From Eledone cirrhosa (taxonomy: Eukaryota): a DNA stretch of 64,000 nucleotides. The translations under genes and the position numbers were made by a program. A model generated the notes under the pieces. That model was not told the origin of the DNA. It ran no database searches and worked only from the letters and a program-made list of their open reading frames with translations. Position 1 is the stretch's first letter. The number at the start of each line of letters is the position of its first letter. The stretch is taken from assembly GCA_964016885.1 (NCBI GenBank), contig OZ024740.1:31992001-32056000 (forward strand). Direction: 5' to 3'. Shown one piece after another: positions 26,240 to 41,829 of the stretch.

Positions 26240-29200
26240 AGTATAGAACATGGTTCTGAGTAATGAGAGAGTGATAGTATAGAACATGGTTCTGAGTAAT
26301 GAGAGGGTGATAGTATAGAACATGGTTCTGAGTAATGAGAGGGTGATAGTATAGAACATGCTTCTGAGTAATGAGAGGGTGATAGTATAGAACATGGTTC
26401 TGTGTAATGAGGGGGTGATAGTATAGAACATGGTTCTAAGTAATGAGAGGATGATAGTATAGAACATGGTTCTGAGTAATGAGAGGGTGATAGTATAGAA
26501 CATGGTTCTGTGTAATGAGAGGATGATAGTATAGAACATGGTTCTAAGTAATGAGAGGATGATAGTATAGAACATAGTTCTGAGTAATGAGAGGATGATA
26601 GTATAGAACATGGTTCTAAGTAATGAGAGGGTGATAGTATAGAACATGGTTCTGAGTAATGAGAGGGTGATAGTATAGAACATGGTTCTGTGTAATGAGA
26701 GGGTGATAGTATAGAACATGGTTCTAAGTAATGAGAGGATGATAGTATAGAACATGGTTCTGAGTAATGAGAGGGTGATAGTATAGAACATGGTTCTGAG
26801 TAATGAGAGAGTGATAGTATAGAACATGGTTCTGAGTAATGAGAGGGTGATAGTATAGAACATGGTTCTGAGTAATGAGAGGGTGATAGTATAGAACATG
26901 CTTCTGAGTAATGAGAGGGTGATAGTATAGAACATGGTTCTGTGTAATGAGGGGGTGATAGTATAGAACATGGTTCTAAGTAATGAGAGGATGATAGTAT
27001 AGAACATGGTTCTGAGTAATGAGAGGGTGATAGTATAGAACATGGTTCTGTGTAATGAGAGGATGATAGTATAGAACATGGTTCTAAGTAATGAGAGGAT
27101 GATAGTATAGAACATGGTTCTGAGTAATGAGAGGGTGATAGTATAGAACATGGTTCTGTGTAATGAGAGGATGATAGTATAGAACATGGTTCTAAGTAAT
27201 GAGAGGATGATAGTATAGAACATAGTTCTGAGTAATGAGAGGATGATAGTATAGAACATGGTTCTAAGTAATGAGAGGGTGATAGTATAGAACATGGTTC
27301 TGAGTAATGAGAGGGTGATAGTATAGAACATGGTTCTGTGTAATGAGAGGGTGATAGTATAGAACATGGTTCTAAGTAATGAGAGGATGATAGTATAGAA
27401 CATGGTTCTGAGTAATGAGAGGGTGATAGTATAGAACATGGTTCTGAGTAATGAGAGAGTGATAGTATAGAACATGGTTCTGAGTAATGAGAGGGTGATA
27501 GTATAGAACATGGTTCTGAGTAATGAGAGGGTGATAGTATAGAACATGCTTCTGAGTAATGAGAGGGTGATAGTATAGAACATGGTTCTGTGTAATGAGG
27601 GGGTGATAGTATAGAACATGGTTCTAAGTAATGAGAGGATGATAGTATAGAACATGGTTCTGAGTAATGAGAGGGTGATAGTATAGAACATGGTTCTGTG
27701 TAATGAGAGGATGATAGTATAGAACATGGTTCTAAGTAATGAGAGGATGATAGTATAGAACATGGTTCTAAGTAATGAGAGGATAATAGTATAGAACATG
27801 GTTCTGAGTAATGAGAGGGTGATAGTATAGAACATGGTTCTGTGTAATGAGAGGGTGATAGTATAGAACATGGTTCTAAGTAATGAGAGGATGATAGTAT
27901 AGAACATGGTGCTGAGTAATGAGAGGGTGATAGTATAGAACATGGTTCTGAGTAATGAGAGGATGATAGTATAGAACATGGTTCTGTGTAATGAGAGGGT
28001 GATAGTATAGAACATGGTTCTAAGTAATGAGAGGATGATAGTATAGAACATGGTTCTAAGTAATGAGAGGGTGATAGTATAGAACATGATTCTGAGTAAT
28101 GAGAGGGTGATAGTATAGAACATGGTTCTGTGTAATGAGACGGTGATAGTATAGAACATGGTTCTAAGTAATGAGAGGGTGATAGTATAGAACATGGTTC
28201 TAAGTAATGAGAGGGTGATAGTATAGAACATGGTTCTGTGTAATGAGAGGGTGATAGGATAGAACATGGTTCTAAGTAATGAGAGGATGATAGTATAGAA
28301 CATGGTTCTAAGTAATGAGAGGATGATAGTATAGAACATGGTTCTAAGTAATGAGAGGGTGATAGTATAGAACATGGTTCTGAGTAATGAGAGGGTGATA
28401 GTATAGAACATGGTTCTGTGTAATGAGAGGGTGATAGTATAGAACATGGTTCTAAGTAATGAGAGGATGATAGTATAGAACATGGTGCTGAGTAATGAGA
28501 GGGTGATAGTATAGAACATGGTTCTAAGTAATGAGAGGATGATAGTATAGAACATGGTTCTGAGTAATGAGAGGGTGATAGTATAGAACATGGTTCTGTG
28601 TAATGAGAGGATGATAGTATAGAACATGGTTCTAAGTAATGAGAGGATGATAGTATAGAACATGGTTCTGAGTAATGAGAGGATGATAGTATAGAACATG
28701 GTTCTAAGTAATGAGAGGGTGATAGTATAGAACATGGTTCTGAGTAATGAGAGAGTGATAGTATAGAACATGGTTCTGAGTAATGAGAGGGTGATAGTAT
28801 AGAACATGTTTCTAAGTAATGAGAGGATGATAGTATAGAACATGGTTCTAAGTAATGAGAGGATGATAGTATAGAACATGGTTCTAAGTAATGAGAGGAT
28901 GATAGTATAGAACATGGTTCTAAGTAATGAGAGGATGATAGTATAGAACATGGTTCTAAGTAATGAGAGGGTGATAGTATAGAACATGGTTCTGAGTAAT
29001 GAGAGAGTGATAGTATAGAACATGGTTCTGAGTAATGAGAGGGTGATAGTATAGAACATGGTTCTGAGTAATGAGAGGGTGATAGTATAGAACATGCTTC
29101 TGAGTAATGAGAGGGTGATAGTATAGAACATGGTTCTGTGTAATGAGGGGGTGATAGTATAGAACATGGTTCTAAGTAATGAGAGGATGATAGTATAGAA

Positions 29201-31710
29201 CATGGTTCTGAGTAATGAGAGGGTGATAGTATAGAACATGGTTCTGTGTAATGAGAGGATGATAGTATAGAACATGGTTCTAAGTAATGAGAGGATGATA
29301 GTATAGAACATAGTTCTGAGTAATGAGAGGATGATAGTATAGAACATGGTTCTAAGTAATGAGAGGGTGATAGTATAGAACATGGTTCTGAGTAATGAGA
29401 GGGTGATAGTATAGAACATGGTTCTGTGTAATGAGAGGGTGATAGTATAGAACATGGTTCTAAGTAATGAGAGGATGATAGTATAGAACATGGTTCTGAG
29501 TAATGAGAGGGTGATAGTATAGAACATGGTTCTGAGTAATGAGAGAGTGATAGTATAGAACATGGTTCTGAGTAATGAGAGGGTGATAGTATAGAACATG
29601 GTTCTGAGTAATGAGAGGGTGATAGTATAGAACATGCTTCTGAGTAATGAGAGGGTGATAGTATAGAACATGGTTCTGTGTAATGAGGGGGTGATAGTAT
29701 AGAACATGGTTCTAAGTAATGAGAGGATGATAGTATAGAACATGGTTCTGAGTAATGAGAGGGTGATAGTATAGAACATGGTTCTGTGTAATGAGAGGAT
29801 GATAGTATAGAACATGGTTCTAAGTAATGAGAGGATGATAGTATAGAACATGGTTCTGAGTAATGAGAGGGTGATAGTATAGAACATGGTTCTGTGTAAT
29901 GAGAGGATGATAGTATAGAACATGGTTCTAAGTAATGAGAGGATGATAGTATAGAACATAGTTCTGAGTAATGAGAGGATGATAGTATAGAACATGGTTC
30001 TAAGTAATGAGAGGGTGATAGTATAGAACATGGTTCTGAGTAATGAGAGGGTGATAGTATAGAACATGGTTCTGTGTAATGAGAGGGTGATAGTATAGAA
30101 CATGGTTCTAAGTAATGAGAGGATGATAGTATAGAACATGGTTCTGAGTAATGAGAGGGTGATAGTATAGAACATGGTTCTGAGTAATGAGAGAGTGATA
30201 GTATAGAACATGGTTCTGAGTAATGAGAGGGTGATAGTATAGAACATGGTTCTGAGTAATGAGAGGGTGATAGTATAGAACATGCTTCTGAGTAATGAGA
30301 GGGTGATAGTATAGAACATGGTTCTGTGTAATGAGGGGGTGATAGTATAGAACATGGTTCTAAGTAATGAGAGGATGATAGTATAGAACATGGTTCTGAG
30401 TAATGAGAGGGTGATAGTATAGAACATGGTTCTGTGTAATGAGAGGATGATAGTATAGAACATGGTTCTAAGTAATGAGAGGATGATAGTATAGAACATG
30501 GTTCTAAGTAATGAGAGGATAATAGTATAGAACATGGTTCTGAGTAATGAGAGGGTGATAGTATAGAACATGGTTCTGTGTAATGAGAGGGTGATAGTAT
30601 AGAACATGGTTCTAAGTAATGAGAGGATGATAGTATAGAACATGGTGCTGAGTAATGAGAGGGTGATAGTATAGAACATGGTTCTGAGTAATGAGAGGAT
30701 GATAGTATAGAACATGGTTCTGTGTAATGAGAGGGTGATAGTATAGAACATGGTTCTAAGTAATGAGAGGATGATAGTATAGAACATGGTTCTAAGTAAT
30801 GAGAGGGTGATAGTATAGAACATGATTCTGAGTAATGAGAGGGTGATAGTATAGAACATGGTTCTGTGTAATGAGACGGTGATAGTATAGAACATGGTTC
30901 TAAGTAATGAGAGGGTGATAGTATAGAACATGGTTCTAAGTAATGAGAGGGTGATAGTATAGAACATGGTTCTGTGTAATGAGAGGGTGATAGGATAGAA
31001 CATGGTTCTAAGTAATGAGAGGATGATAGTATAGAACATGGTTCTAAGTAATGAGAGGATGATAGTATAGAACATGGTTCTAAGTAATGAGAGGGTGATA
31101 GTATAGAACATGGTTCTGAGTAATGAGAGGGTGATAGTATAGAACATGGTTCTGTGTAATGAGAGGGTGATAGTATAGAACATGGTTCTAAGTAATGAGA
31201 GGATGATAGTATAGAACATGGTGCTGAGTAATGAGAGGGTGATAGTATAGAACATGGTTCTGAGTAATGAGAGGATGATAGTATAGAACATGGTTCTAAG
31301 TAATGAGAGGATGATAGTATAGAACATGGTTCTGAGTAATGAGAGGGTGATAGTATAGAACATGGTTCTGTGTAATGAGAGGATGATAGTATAGAACATG
31401 GTTCTAAGTAATGAGAGGATGATAGTATAGAACATGGTTCTGAGTAATGAGAGGATGATAGTATAGAACATGGTTCTAAGTAATGAGAGGGTGATAGTAT
31501 AGAACATGGTTCTGAGTAATGAGAGAGTGATAGTATAGAACATGGTTCTGAGTAATGAGAGGGTGATAGTATAGAACATGTTTCTAAGTAATGAGAGGAT
31601 GATAGTATAGAACATGGTTCTAAGTAATGAGAGGATGATAGTATAGAACATGGTTCTAAGTAATGAGAGGATGATAGTATAGAACATGGTTCTAAGTAAT
31701 GAGAGGGTGA
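26240..31710 (+). repeat. Tandem duplication of about 2,736 bp (76 monomers) containing nested 540/648-bp units
   Basis: CATGCTT at 26361/26901/27549 matches 29097/29637/30285. GGATAAT, CATGATT, GAGACGG and GATAGGAT variants also match at offset 2736. The offset becomes 2772 near the end. Confidence 0.85.
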
Positions 31711-34700
31711 TAGTATAGAACATGGTTCTGCGTAATGAGAGGGTGATAGTATAGAACATGGTTCTGTGTAATGAGAGGGGGTATAGTATAGAACATGGTT
31801 CTGTGTAATGAGAGGGTGATAGTATAGAACATGGTTCTAAGTAATGAGAGGATGATAGTATAGAACATGGTTCTAAGTAATGAGAGGGTGATAGTATAGA
31901 ACATGGTTCTGAGTAATGAGAGGGTGATAGTATAGAACATGGTTCTGTGTAATGAGAGGGTGATAGTATAGAACATGGTTCTAAGTAATGAGAGGGTGAT
32001 AGTATAGAACATGGTTCTAAGTAATGAGAGGGTGATAGTATAGAACATGGTTCTAAGTAATGAGAGGATGATAGTATAGAACATGTTTCTAAGTAATGAG
32101 AGGATGATAGTATAGAACATGTTTCTAAGTAATGAGAGGGTGATAGTACAGAACATGGTTCTATGTAATGAGAGGATGATAGTATAGAACATGGTTCTAA
32201 GTAATGAGAGGGTGATAGTATAGAACATGGCTCTGTGTAATGAGAGGGTGATAGTATGGAACTAGGTTCTAAGTAATGAGAGGATGATAGTATAGAACAT
32301 GGTTCTAAGTAATGAGAGGATGATAGTATAGAACATGGTTCTGAGTAATGAGAGGATGATAGTATAGAACATGGTTCTAAGTAATGAGAGGGTGATAGTA
32401 TAGAACATGGTTCTGAGTAATGAGAAGGTGATAGTATAGAACATGGTTCTGTGTAATGAGAGGGTGATAGTATAGAACATGGTTCTAAGTAATGAGAGGA
32501 TGATAGTATAGAACATGGTTCTAAGTAATGAGAGGATGATAGTATAGAACATGGTTCTGAGTAATGAGCGGATGATAGTATAGAACATGGTTCTAAGTAA
32601 TGAGAGGATGATAGTATAGAACATGGTTCTGAGTAATGAGAGGGTGATAGTATAGAACATGGTTCTGTGTAATGAGAGGGTGATAGTATAGAACATGGTT
32701 CTAAGTAATGAGAGGATGATAGTATAGAACATGGTGCTGAGTAATGAGAGGGTGATAGTATAGAACATGGTTCTGAGTAATGAGAGGATGATAGTATAGA
32801 ACATGGTTCTATGTAATGAGAGGATGATAATATAGAACATGGTTCTGTGTAATGAGAGGGTGATAGTATAGAACATGGTTCTAAGTAATGAGAGGATGAT
32901 AGTATAGAACATGGTTCTAAGTAATGAGAGGGTGATAGTATAGAACATGGTTCTGTGTAATGAGAGGGTGATAGTATAGAACATGGTTCTAAGTAATGAG
33001 AGGGTGATAGTATAGAACATGGTTCTAAGTAATGAGAGGGTGATATTATAGAACATGGTTCTGTGTAATGAGAGGGGGTATAGTATAGAACATGGTTCTG
33101 TGTAATGAGAGGGTGATAGTATAGAACATGGTTCTAAGTAATGAGAGGGTGATAGTATAGAACATGGTTCTAAGTAATGAGAGGGTGATAGTATAGAACA
33201 TGGTTCTGTGTAATGAGAGGGTGATAGTATAGAACATGGTTCTAAGTAATGAGAGGATGATAGTATAGAACATGGTTCTAAGTAATGAGAGGATGATAGT
33301 ATAGGACATGGTTCTGAGTAATGAGAGGATGATAGTGTAGAACATGGTTCTAAGTAATGAGAGGGTGATAGTATAGAACATGGTTCTGAGTAATGAGAGG
33401 GTGATAGTATAGAACATGGTTCTGTGTAATGAGAGGGTGATAGTATAGAACATGGTTCTAAGTAATGAGAGGATGATAGTATAGAACATGGTTCTGAGTA
33501 ATGAGAGGGTGATAGTATAGAACATGGTTCTGAGTAATGAGAGAGTGATAGTATAGAACATGGTTCTGAGTAATGAGAGGGTGATAGTATAGAACATGGT
33601 TCTGAGTAATGAGAGGGTGATAGTATAGAACATGCTTCTGAGTAATGAGAGGGTGATAGTATAGAACATGGTTCTGTGTAATGAGGGGGTGATAGTATAG
33701 AACATGGTTCTAAGTAATGAGAGGATGATAGTATAGAACATGGTTCTGAGTAATGAGAGGGTGATAGTATAGAACATGGTTCTGTGTAATGAGAGGATGA
33801 TAGTATAGAACATGGTTCTAAGTAATGAGAGGATGATAGTATAGAACATAGTTCTGAGTAATGAGAGGATGATAGTATAGAACATGGTTCTAAGTAATGA
33901 GAGGGTGATTGTATAGAACATGGTTCTGAGTAATGAGAGGGTGATAGTATAGAACATGGTTCTGTGTAATGAGAGGGTGATAGTATAGAACATGGTTCTG
34001 TGTAATGAGAGGGTGATAGTATAGAACATGGTTCTAAGTAATGAGAGGGTGATAGTATAGAACATGGTTCTAAGTAATGAGAGGGTGATAGTATAGAACA
34101 TGGTTCTAAGTAATGAGAGGATGATAGTATAGAACATGTTTCTAAGTAATGAGAGGATGATAGTATAGAACATGTTTCTAAGTAATGAGAGGGTGATAGT
34201 ACAGAACATGGTTCTATGTAATGAGAGGATGATAGTATAGAACATGGTTCTAAGTAATGAGAGGGTGATAGTATAGAACATGGCTCTGTGTAATGAGAGG
34301 GTGATAGTATGGAACTAGGTTCTAAGTAATGAGAGGATGATAGTATAGAACATGGTTCTAAGTAATGAGAGGATGATAGTATAGAACATGGTTCTGAGTA
34401 ATGAGAGGATGATAGTATAGAACATGGTTCTAAGTAATGAGAGGGTGATAGTATAGAACATGGTTCTGAGTAATGAGAAGGTGATAGTATAGAACATGGT
34501 TCTGTGTAATGAGAGGGTGATAGTATAGAACATGGTTCTAAGTAATGAGAGGATGATAGTATAGAACATGGTTCTAAGTAATGAGAGGATGATAGTATAG
34601 AACATGGTTCTGAGTAATGAGCGGATGATAGTATAGAACATGGTTCTAAGTAATGAGAGGATGATAGTATAGAACATGGTTCTGAGTAATGAGAGGGTGA

Positions 34701-37700
34701 TAGTATAGAACATGGTTCTGTGTAATGAGAGGGTGATAGTATAGAACATGGTTCTAAGTAATGAGAGGATGATAGTATAGAACATGGTGCTGAGTAATGA
34801 GAGGGTGATAGTATAGAACATGGTTCTGAGTAATGAGAGGATGATAGTATAGAACATGGTTCTATGTAATGAGAGGATGATAATATAGAACATGGTTCTG
34901 TGTAATGAGAGGGTGATAGTATAGAACATGGTTCTAAGTAATGAGAGGATGATAGTATAGAACATGGTTCTAAGTAATGAGAGGGTGATAGTATAGAACA
35001 TGGTTCTGTGTAATGAGAGGGTGATAGTATAGAACATGGTTCTAAGTAATGAGAGGGTGATAGTATAGAACATGGTTCTAAGTAATGAGAGGGTGATATT
35101 ATAGAACATGGTTCTGTGTAATGAGAGGGGGTATAGTATAGAACATGGTTCTGTGTAATGAGAGGGTGATAGTATAGAACATGGTTCTAAGTAATGAGAG
35201 GGTGATAGTATAGAACATGGTTCTAAGTAATGAGAGGGTGATAGTATAGAACATGGTTCTGTGTAATGAGAGGGTGATAGTATAGAACATGGTTCTAAGT
35301 AATGAGAGGATGATAGTATAGAACATGGTTCTAAGTAATGAGAGGATGATAGTATAGGACATGGTTCTGAGTAATGAGAGGATGATAGTGTAGAACATGG
35401 TTCTAAGTAATGAGAGGGTGATAGTATAGAACATGGTTCTGAGTAATGAGAGGGTGATAGTATAGAACATGGTTCTGTGTAATGAGAGGGTGATAGTATA
35501 GAACATGGTTCTAAGTAATGAGAGGATGATAGTATAGAACATGGTTCTGAGTAATGAGAGGGTGATAGTATAGAACATGGTTCTGAGTAATGAGAGAGTG
35601 ATAGTATAGAACATGGTTCTGAGTAATGAGAGGGTGATAGTATAGAACATGGTTCTGAGTAATGAGAGGGTGATAGTATAGAACATGCTTCTGAGTAATG
35701 AGAGGGTGATAGTATAGAACATGGTTCTGTGTAATGAGGGGGTGATAGTATAGAACATGGTTCTAAGTAATGAGAGGATGATAGTATAGAACATGGTTCT
35801 GAGTAATGAGAGGGTGATAGTATAGAACATGGTTCTGTGTAATGAGAGGATGATAGTATAGAACATGGTTCTAAGTAATGAGAGGATGATAGTATAGAAC
35901 ATAGTTCTGAGTAATGAGAGGATGATAGTATAGAACATGGTTCTAAGTAATGAGAGGGTGATAGTATAGAACATGGTTCTGAGTAATGAGAGGGTGATAG
36001 TATAGAACATGGTTCTGTGTAATGAGAGGGTGATAGTATAGAACATGGTTCTAAGTAATGAGAGGATGATAGTATAGAACATGGTTCTGAGTAATGAGAG
36101 GGTGATAGTATAGAACATGGTTCTGAGTAATGAGAGAGTGATAGTATAGAACATGGTTCTGAGTAATGAGAGGGTGATAGTATAGAACATGGTTCTGAGT
36201 AATGAGAGGGTGATAGTATAGAACATGCTTCTGAGTAATGAGAGGGTGATAGTATAGAACATGGTTCTGTGTAATGAGGGGGTGATAGTATAGAACATGG
36301 TTCTAAGTAATGAGAGGATGATAGTATAGAACATGGTTCTGAGTAATGAGAGGGTGATAGTATAGAACATGGTTCTGTGTAATGAGAGGATGATAGTATA
36401 GAACATGGTTCTAAGTAATGAGAGGATGATAGTATAGAACATGGTTCTAAGTAATGAGAGGATAATAGTATAGAACATGGTTCTGAGTAATGAGAGGGTG
36501 ATAGTATAGAACATGGTTCTGTGTAATGAGAGGGTGATAGTATAGAACATGGTTCTAAGTAATGAGAGGATGATAGTATAGAACATGGTGCTGAGTAATG
36601 AGAGGGTGATAGTATAGAACATGGTTCTGAGTAATGAGAGGATGATAGTATAGAACATGGTTCTGTGTAATGAGAGGGTGATAGTATAGAACATGGTTCT
36701 AAGTAATGAGAGGATGATAGTATAGAACATGGTTCTAAGTAATGAGAGGGTGATAGTATAGAACATGATTCTGAGTAATGAGAGGGTGATAGTATAGAAC
36801 ATGGTTCTGTGTAATGAGACGGTGATAGTATAGAACATGGTTCTAAGTAATGAGAGGGTGATAGTATAGAACATGGTTCTAAGTAATGAGAGGGTGATAG
36901 TATAGAACATGGTTCTGTGTAATGAGAGGGTGATAGGATAGAACATGGTTCTAAGTAATGAGAGGATGATAGTATAGAACATGGTTCTAAGTAATGAGAG
37001 GATGATAGTATAGAACATGGTTCTAAGTAATGAGAGGGTGATAGTATAGAACATGGTTCTGAGTAATGAGAGGGTGATAGTATAGAACATGGTTCTGTGT
37101 AATGAGAGGGTGATAGTATAGAACATGGTTCTAAGTAATGAGAGGATGATAGTATAGAACATGGTGCTGAGTAATGAGAGGGTGATAGTATAGAACATGG
37201 TTCTGAGTAATGAGAGGATGATAGTATAGAACATGGTTCTAAGTAATGAGAGGATGATAGTATAGAACATGGTTCTGTGTAATGAGAGGGTGATAGTATA
37301 GAACATGGTTCTAAGTAATGAGAGGATGATAGTATAGAACATGGTTCTAAGTAATGAGAGGGTGATAGTATAGAACATGGTTCTGTGTAATGAGAGGGTG
37401 ATAGTATAGAACATGGTTCTGTGTAATGAGAGGGGGTATAGTATAGAACATGGTTCTGTGTAATGAGAGGATGATAGTATAGAACATGGTTCTAAGTAAT
37501 GAGAGGATGATAGTATAGAACATGGTTCTAAGTAATGAGAGGGTGATAGTATAGAACATGTTTCTAAGTAATGAGAGGATGATAGTATAGAACATGTTTC
37601 TAAGTAATGAGAGGGTGATAGTACAGAACATGGTTCGAAGTAATGAGTGGATGATAGTATAGAACATGGTTCTGAGTAATGAGAGGGTGATAGTATAGAA

Positions 37701-40700
37701 CATGGTTCTGTGTAATGAGAGGGTGATAGTATAGAACATGGTTCTAAGTAATGAGAGGGTGATAGTATAGAACATGGTTCTAAGTAATGAGAGGATGATA
37801 GTATAGAACATGGTTCTGTGTAATGAGAGGGTGATAGTATAGAACATGGTTCTAAGTAATGAGAGGATGATAGTATAGAACATGGTTCTAAGTAATGAGA
37901 GGGTGATAGTATAGAACATGGTTCTAAGTAGTGAGAGGGTGATATTATAGAACATGGTTCTGTGTAATGAGAGGGGGTATAGTATAGAACATGGTTCTGT
38001 GTAATGAGAGGGTGATAGTATAGAACATGGTTCTAAGTAATGAGAGGGTGATAGTATAGAACATGGTTCTAAGTAATGAGAGGGTGATAGTATAGAACAT
38101 GGTTCTGTGTAATGAGAGGGTGATAGTATAGAACATGGTTCTAAGTAATGAGAGGATGATAGTATAGAACATGGTTCTAAGTAATGAGAGGATGATAGTA
38201 TAGGACATGGTTCTGAGTAATGAGAGGATGATAGTATAGAACATGGTTCTAAGTAATGAGAGGGTGATAGTATAGAACATGGTTCTGAGTAATGAGAGGG
38301 TGATAGTATAGAACATGGTTCTGTGTAATGAGAGGGTGATAGTATAGAACATGGTTCTAAGTAATGAGAGGATGATAGTATAGAACATGGTTCTGAGTAA
38401 TGAGAGGGTGATAGTATAGAACATGGTTCTGAGTAATGAGAGAGTGATAGTATAGAACATGGTTCTGAGTAATGAGAGGGTGATAGTATAGAACATGGTT
38501 CTGAGTAATGAGAGGGTGATAGTATAGAACATGCTTCTGAGTAATGAGAGGGTGATAGTATAGAACATGGTTCTGTGTAATGAGGGGGTGATAGTATAGA
38601 ACATGGTTCTAAGTAATGAGAGGATGATAGTATAGAACATGGTTCTGAGTAATGAGAGGGTGATAGTATAGAACATGGTTCTGTGTAATGAGAGGATGAT
38701 AGTATAGAACATGGTTCTAAGTAATGAGAGGATGATAGTATAGAACATGGTTCTGAGTAATGAGAGGATGATAGTATAGAACATGGTTCTAAGTAATGAG
38801 AGGGTGATAGTATAGAACATGGTTCTGAGTAATGAGAGAGTGATAGTATAGAACATGGTTCTGAGTAATGAGAGGGTGATAGTATAGAACATGTTTCTAA
38901 GTAATGAGAGGATGATAGTATAGAACATGGTTCTAAGTAATGAGAGGATGATAGTATAGAACATGGTTCTAAGTAATGAGAGGATGATAGTATAGAACAT
39001 GGTTCTAAGTAATGAGAGGGTGATAGTATAGAACATGGTTCTGCGTAATGAGAGGGTGATAGTATAGAACATGGTTCTGTGTAATGAGAGGGGGTATAGT
39101 ATAGAACATGGTTCTGTGTAATGAGAGGGTGATAGTATAGAACATGGTTCTAAGTAATGAGAGGATGATAGTATAGAACATGGTTCTAAGTAATGAGAGG
39201 GTGATAGTATAGAACATGGTTCTGAGTAATGAGAGGGTGATAGTATAGAACATGGTTCTGTGTAATGAGAGGGTGATAGTATAGAACATGGTTCTAAGTA
39301 ATGAGAGGGTGATAGTATAGAACATGGTTCTAAGTAATGAGAGGATGATAGTATAGAACATGTTTCTAAGTAATGAGAGGATGATAGTATAGAACATGTT
39401 TCTAAGTAATGAGAGGGTGATAGCACAGAACATGGTTCTAAGTAATGAGAGGATGATAGTATAGAACATGGTTCTAAGTAATGAGAGGGTGATAGTATAG
39501 AACATGGTTCTGTGTAATGAGAGGGTGATAGTATGGAACTAGGTTCTAAGTAATGAGAGGATGATAGTATAGAACATGGTTCTAAGTAATGAGAGGATGA
39601 TAGTATAGAACATGGTTCTGAGTAATGAGAGGATGATAGTATAGAACATGGTTCTAAGTAATGAGAGGATGATAGTATAGAACATGGTTCTAAGTAATGA
39701 GAGGATGATAGTATAGAACATGGTTCTAAGTAATGAGAGGGTGATAGTATAGAACATGGTTCTGAGTAATGAGAGGGTGATAGTATAGAACATGGTTCTG
39801 TGTAATGAGAGGGTGATAGTATAGAACATGGTTCTAAGTAATGAGAGGATGATAGTATAGAACATGGTGCTGAGTAATGAGAGGGTGATAGTATAGAACA
39901 TGGTTCTGAGTAATGAGAGGATGATAGTATAGAACATGGTTCTAAGTAATGAGAGGATGATAGTATAGAACATGGTTCTGTGTAATGAGAGGGTGATAGT
40001 ATAGAACATGGTTCTAAGTAATGAGAGGATGATAGTATAGAACATGGTTCTAAGTAATGAGAGGGTGATAGTATAGAACATGGTTCTGTGTAATGAGAGG
40101 GTGATAGTATAGAACATGGTTCTGTGTAATGAGAGGGGGTATAGTATAGAACATGGTTCTGTGTAATGAGAGGGTGATAGTATAGAACATGGTTCTAAGT
40201 AATGAGAGGATGATAGTATAGAACATGGTTCTAAGTAATGAGAGGGTGATAGTATAGAACATGTTTCTAAGTAATGAGAGGATGATAGTATAGAACATGT
40301 TTCTAAGTAATGAGAGGGTGATAGTACAGAACATGGTTCGAAGTAATGAGTGGATGATAGTATAGAACATGGTTCTGAGTAATGAGAGGGTGATAGTATA
40401 GAACATGGTTCTGTGTAATGAGAGGGTGATAGTATAGAACATGGTTCTAAGTAATGAGAGGGTGATAGTATAGAACATGGTTCTAAGTAATGAGAGGATG
40501 ATAGTATAGAACATGGTTCTGTGTAATGAGAGGGTGATAGTATAGAACATGGTTCTAAGTAATGAGAGGATGATAGTATAGAACATGGTTCTAAGTAATG
40601 AGAGGGTGATAGTATAGAACATGGTTCTAAGTAGTGAGAGGGTGATATTATAGAACATGGTTCTGTGTAATGAGAGGGGGTATAGTATAGAACATGGTTC

Positions 40701-41829
40701 TGTGTAATGAGAGGGTGATAGTATAGAACATGGTTCTAAGTAATGAGAGGGTGATAGTATAGAACATGGTTCTGTGTAATGAGAGGGTGATAGTATAGAA
40801 CATGGTTCTAAGTAATGAGAGGATGATAGTATAGAACATGGTTCTAAGTAATGAGAGGATGATAGTATAGGACATGGTTCTGAGTAATGAGAGGATGATA
40901 GTATAGAACATGGTTCTAAGTAATGAGAGGGTGATAGTATAGAACATGGTTCTAAGTAATGAGAGGGTGATAGTATAGAACATGGTTCTGTGTAATGAGA
41001 GGGTGATAGTATAGAACATGGTTCTAAGTAATGAGAGGATGATAGTATAGAACATGGTTCTAAGTAATGAGAGGATGATAGTATAGGACATGGTTCTGAG
41101 TAATGAGAGGATGATAGTATAGAACATGGTTCTAAGTAATGAGAGGGTGATAGTATAGAACATGGTTCTGAGTAATGAGAGGGTGATAGTATAGAACATG
41201 GTTCTGTGTAATGAGAGGGTGATAGTATAGAACATGGTTCTAAGTAATGAGAGGATGATAGTATAGAACATGGTTCTGAGTAATGAGAGGGTGATAGTAT
41301 AGAACATGGTTCTGAGTAATGAGAGAGTGATAGTATAGAACATGGTTCTGAGTAATGAGAGGGTGATAGTATAGAACATGGTTCTGAGTAATGAGAGGGT
41401 GATAGTATAGAACATGCTTCTGAGTAATGAGAGGGTGATAGTATAGAACATGGTTCTGTGTAATGAGGGGGTGATAGTATAGAACATGGTTCTAAGTAAT
41501 GAGAGGATGATAGTATAGAACATGGTTCTGAGTAATGAGAGGGTGATAGTATAGAACATGGTTCTGTGTAATGAGAGGATGATAGTATAGAACATGGTTC
41601 TAAGTAATGAGAGGATGATAGTATAGAACATGGTTCTGAGTAATGAGAGGATGATAGTATAGAACATGGTTCTAAGTAATGAGAGGGTGATAGTATAGAA
41701 CATGGTTCTGAGTAATGAGAGAGTGATAGTATAGAACATGGTTCTGAGTAATGAGAGGGTGATAGTATAGAACATGTTTCTAAGTAATGAGAGGATGATA
41801 GTATAGAACATGGTTCTAAGTAATGAGAG

